Sequence record: MT446415.1
From: Escherichia virus TH44
Strand: one strand, 5' to 3'
Length of the DNA: 64,000 nucleotides
A model generated the notes under the pieces. The model did no database searches, was not told the DNA's origin, and was given only the letters and a program-made list of their open reading frames with translations. The translations under genes were made by a program, and so were the position numbers. Positions 61,839 to 64,000 of the stretch are shown here, in pieces. Every line of letters begins with the position of its first letter. Positions within the stretch are counted from its first letter, which is position 1.

Positions 61839-62065
61839 TAGAAATCTTCGTCTTCTTCGTCGTCCATATCCTCAAGCTCGGCGCGTTTACCGGCAAGAGC
61901 ATCGCGAACACTGATATCATCGGAATCTTTCAGTTCAGCTTCTTTGCTGCGTTTCTTATAATAGCCTTCCAACTCCTTCAGACCGTCCATGGTCTGACAG
62001 GAACCAATCTTAGCCATAAAGCCTTCAATTGATGCTTCGTACATAATTTCTTCGAAGGATTTCAT
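61838..62065 (-). CDS. uvsW.1: UvsW.1 helicase accessory protein
   Basis: 75 aa acidic protein directly downstream of uvsW, as T4 UvsW.1 (76 aa). Confidence 0.75.
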   Translation of the reverse strand: MKSFEEIMYEASIEGFMAKIGSCQTMDGLKELEGYYKKRSKEAELKDSDDISVRDALAGKRAELEDMDDEEDEDF

Positions 62066-63564
62066 TATATTTCCACCTGTTTAATTACATAATTGAATTT
62101 TTCGTCTGCATACCGCTGGATACGTTCTAATGCATGTTTAAGCGCAAAGTTAATATGAACATATTTCTTTTTAGCGTTTGCTGATTTGGGTTTGACCCCC
62201 ATATCATCCACAATGTCCCACACGTTTGCGGTCGATTTGGATTCATGTTTTCGAAGCACACGACCAATTGTCTGGAGTACAATTACCTTTGACTTGACCG
62301 GGTGAGCGAAAATAATATGATGGAGGTTTTTAACGGAAATTCCCGTCGAGAATACACCATATGAAGCTACAACAATAATCCCCTTTCCATTCTCTGCCAT
62401 GACCTTCAGAGCATTACGGGTTTCGGTATCAACTTCCCCGGAAACATAATACACTTTCTCATGGCCAGCTTCTTTAATCATTTCAAACATCGATTTACCG
62501 TGCTCGATATTCTTAAACATCAAAAAGACGTTTTCATCTTTTTTAGAAAGCTTGAGGGCAAGGTTTGTTACCCATTTATTTCTGCGTGTAGCTTTTGTAA
62601 TTACCTTGATTTCATCCTGATAAGTTTTACCTTTCATTTTAACGGTGAATTCATCAGGGTAACGAAGGAAAATACTATTTATTTTAAGGTCAGTAACCTG
62701 ACCATCTTCCATTAATTTAGATGTTGATACTGGTTTAAAGATATCACCAAACAGACCCATATATTGCATAAGGTTGGCTTTGCCATCACGGAGTGAACCT
62801 GACAAACCAAATTTAAACATGCAATTCGTAAGGCCTTCGATAACCGTCGAAATCGATTTACCGGTCGCCATATGACATTCGTCATTCATAAACTGGCCAA
62901 ACTGTTCAAACCATTCTTTAGGTTGTTTTACAGCCGTCTGATAAGTCGATACATAAATCATCGCATCAGAATCGCGTTTAGTCCCGGAACGAATACCCAG
63001 ACAAGCTGCACGAGGGAAAAGCCGATAATCAACAAAGTCATTAATCATCTGGTCAACAAGGGCAGTTGTAGGAACAAGGATAAGCACCTTGCCTTCATAG
63101 TTCTCGAGATAATATCGCGCCAGAAGCGCCTGGATGAGGCTTTTACCTGCAGACGTAGGTAAGTTCAGAATCTTTCTTCTGTTGACCAGACCATCATATA
63201 CGGCGTCAGATTGATACCAATGGGGCGTTATCTTGGTATTGCCTGAATAGATTTCTTTTGACTCGACCCATTTGTCGAATTCTTCGCGAGAGATTTCTTC
63301 TTTCTCGGTGATTTGTGGGTCAATCCAGAATGAATAACCAAACTGGTCAGCGAACTTTTTAATTTGATTAACCAAACCGTATGGTAATTTACGATTGTAA
63401 TCCAGGAGGCGGATTCGTCCGTCCCAAACTCCCTGCTTGAACTTTGGATTGAAGCGATAGTTTTCAGCTTCGAAGCTGAAGTAATCACGGAGTTCGTAGA
63501 AGATTCCATCTTCACATTCAACATGCACGTGACTAAAATTTAGAAAGTTGATTTTAATATCCAT
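62065..63564 (-). CDS. uvsW: UvsW DNA helicase (SF2)
   Basis: about 500 aa from MDIKINF; helicase motifs LPTSAGKS, DECH; track ORF start at 63603 would overlap its own late promoter. Confidence 0.9.
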   Translation of the reverse strand: MDIKINFLNFSHVHVECEDGIFYELRDYFSFEAENYRFNPKFKQGVWDGRIRLLDYNRKLPYGLVNQIKKFADQFGYSFWIDPQITEKEEISREEFDKWVESKEIYSGNTKITPHWYQSDAVYDGLVNRRKILNLPTSAGKSLIQALLARYYLENYEGKVLILVPTTALVDQMINDFVDYRLFPRAACLGIRSGTKRDSDAMIYVSTYQTAVKQPKEWFEQFGQFMNDECHMATGKSISTVIEGLTNCMFKFGLSGSLRDGKANLMQYMGLFGDIFKPVSTSKLMEDGQVTDLKINSIFLRYPDEFTVKMKGKTYQDEIKVITKATRRNKWVTNLALKLSKKDENVFLMFKNIEHGKSMFEMIKEAGHEKVYYVSGEVDTETRNALKVMAENGKGIIVVASYGVFSTGISVKNLHHIIFAHPVKSKVIVLQTIGRVLRKHESKSTANVWDIVDDMGVKPKSANAKKKYVHINFALKHALERIQRYADEKFNYVIKQVEI

Positions 63565-63592
63565 GATGATTCCAAGGTAATAAATATATCTA

Positions 63593-63600
63593 TATTTATA
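63593..63600 (-). promoter_or_regulatory. late promoter TATAAATA for uvsW
   Basis: minus-strand TATAAATA 29 nt upstream of uvsW ATG. Confidence 0.5.
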
Positions 63601-63618
63601 CACTAACCGAGGTTCATC

Positions 63619-64000
63619 ATGATTGACAAGAACTACATTGAGGAAATTCGTGTCCTCGAGAAAAAAGAAGCCAAAGAAAAATTAGCTGAATATGCAGCAT
63701 CACTTGGTGTTGATGTTAAGAAAACAAAAACCTTTGATAATATGTTGGCTGACCTGGAAGCAGGACTTAAAGCATTTGCTGACATGCCTATGCCTGATGA
63801 TAATGAAGGCCTGAGCATCACTGACCTTATCGATGCCGATGATGAATTGTCAGGTGCTAAATTTGATGGCGATGAGTCAGCTAAAGAAGAAGCTAAGCTC
63901 TTATTTGATGCTCCAACCGAAGCAAAGGTTGAAGTTGTTGAAATCGAAGAACCAGTTGTTTTGGTCGAAGAAGATGTTCCTTTTGTCGAAGAAAAGTTCG
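63619..64000 (+). CDS. acidic hypothetical protein, 5' partial (runs off window)
   Basis: ATG 63619 after gagg SD; open to window end; D/E-rich; no confident family. Confidence 0.45.
   Translation, partial: MIDKNYIEEIRVLEKKEAKEKLAEYAASLGVDVKKTKTFDNMLADLEAGLKAFADMPMPDDNEGLSITDLIDADDELSGAKFDGDESAKEEAKLLFDAPTEAKVEVVEIEEPVVLVEEDVPFVEEKF

Noticed and set aside
62065-63603. Extended uvsW start (MYKYRYIYY...)
   Set aside because: The extension is encoded by the late promoter TATAAATA region itself; ATG at 63564 matches the T4 UvsW N-terminus

Overview
This window is a T4-like (Tevenvirinae-type) myovirus genome segment, collinear with the T4 map from gene 39 through uvsW. Calls rest on amino-acid similarity to T4 proteins recalled from memory plus gene order; no database search was run. 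In order: fused 39/60 topoisomerase II subunit, rIIA, rIIB, a hyperplastic block of small early ORFs (ndd, stp, membrane peptides), topo II gp52, motA, asiA, then on the minus strand holin t and the long tail fiber genes 38-37-36-35-34. The plus strand resumes with rnh, dsbA, 33, 59, 32, frd, td, nrdA, nrdB, denA, rnlA, alc, spanins, pseT, cd, 31, rIII, ligase 30 and alt, followed by the minus-strand baseplate hub operon 51-27-28-29-48-54, then 26, 25, uvsY and uvsW. Most of the window is therefore well-described core biology. The accessory content lies in the small-ORF blocks, which start from about 16 repeated early-promoter cassettes. The most unusual items are a roughly 400-nt non-coding structured island after rIII, a tandem duplicate of the alc N-terminal domain, two sets of paralogous small ORFs, and a NADAR-like plus HAD-like gene pair next to ligase and Alt. 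Unlike T4, td and nrdB are intron-less and gene 39 is fused with 60.
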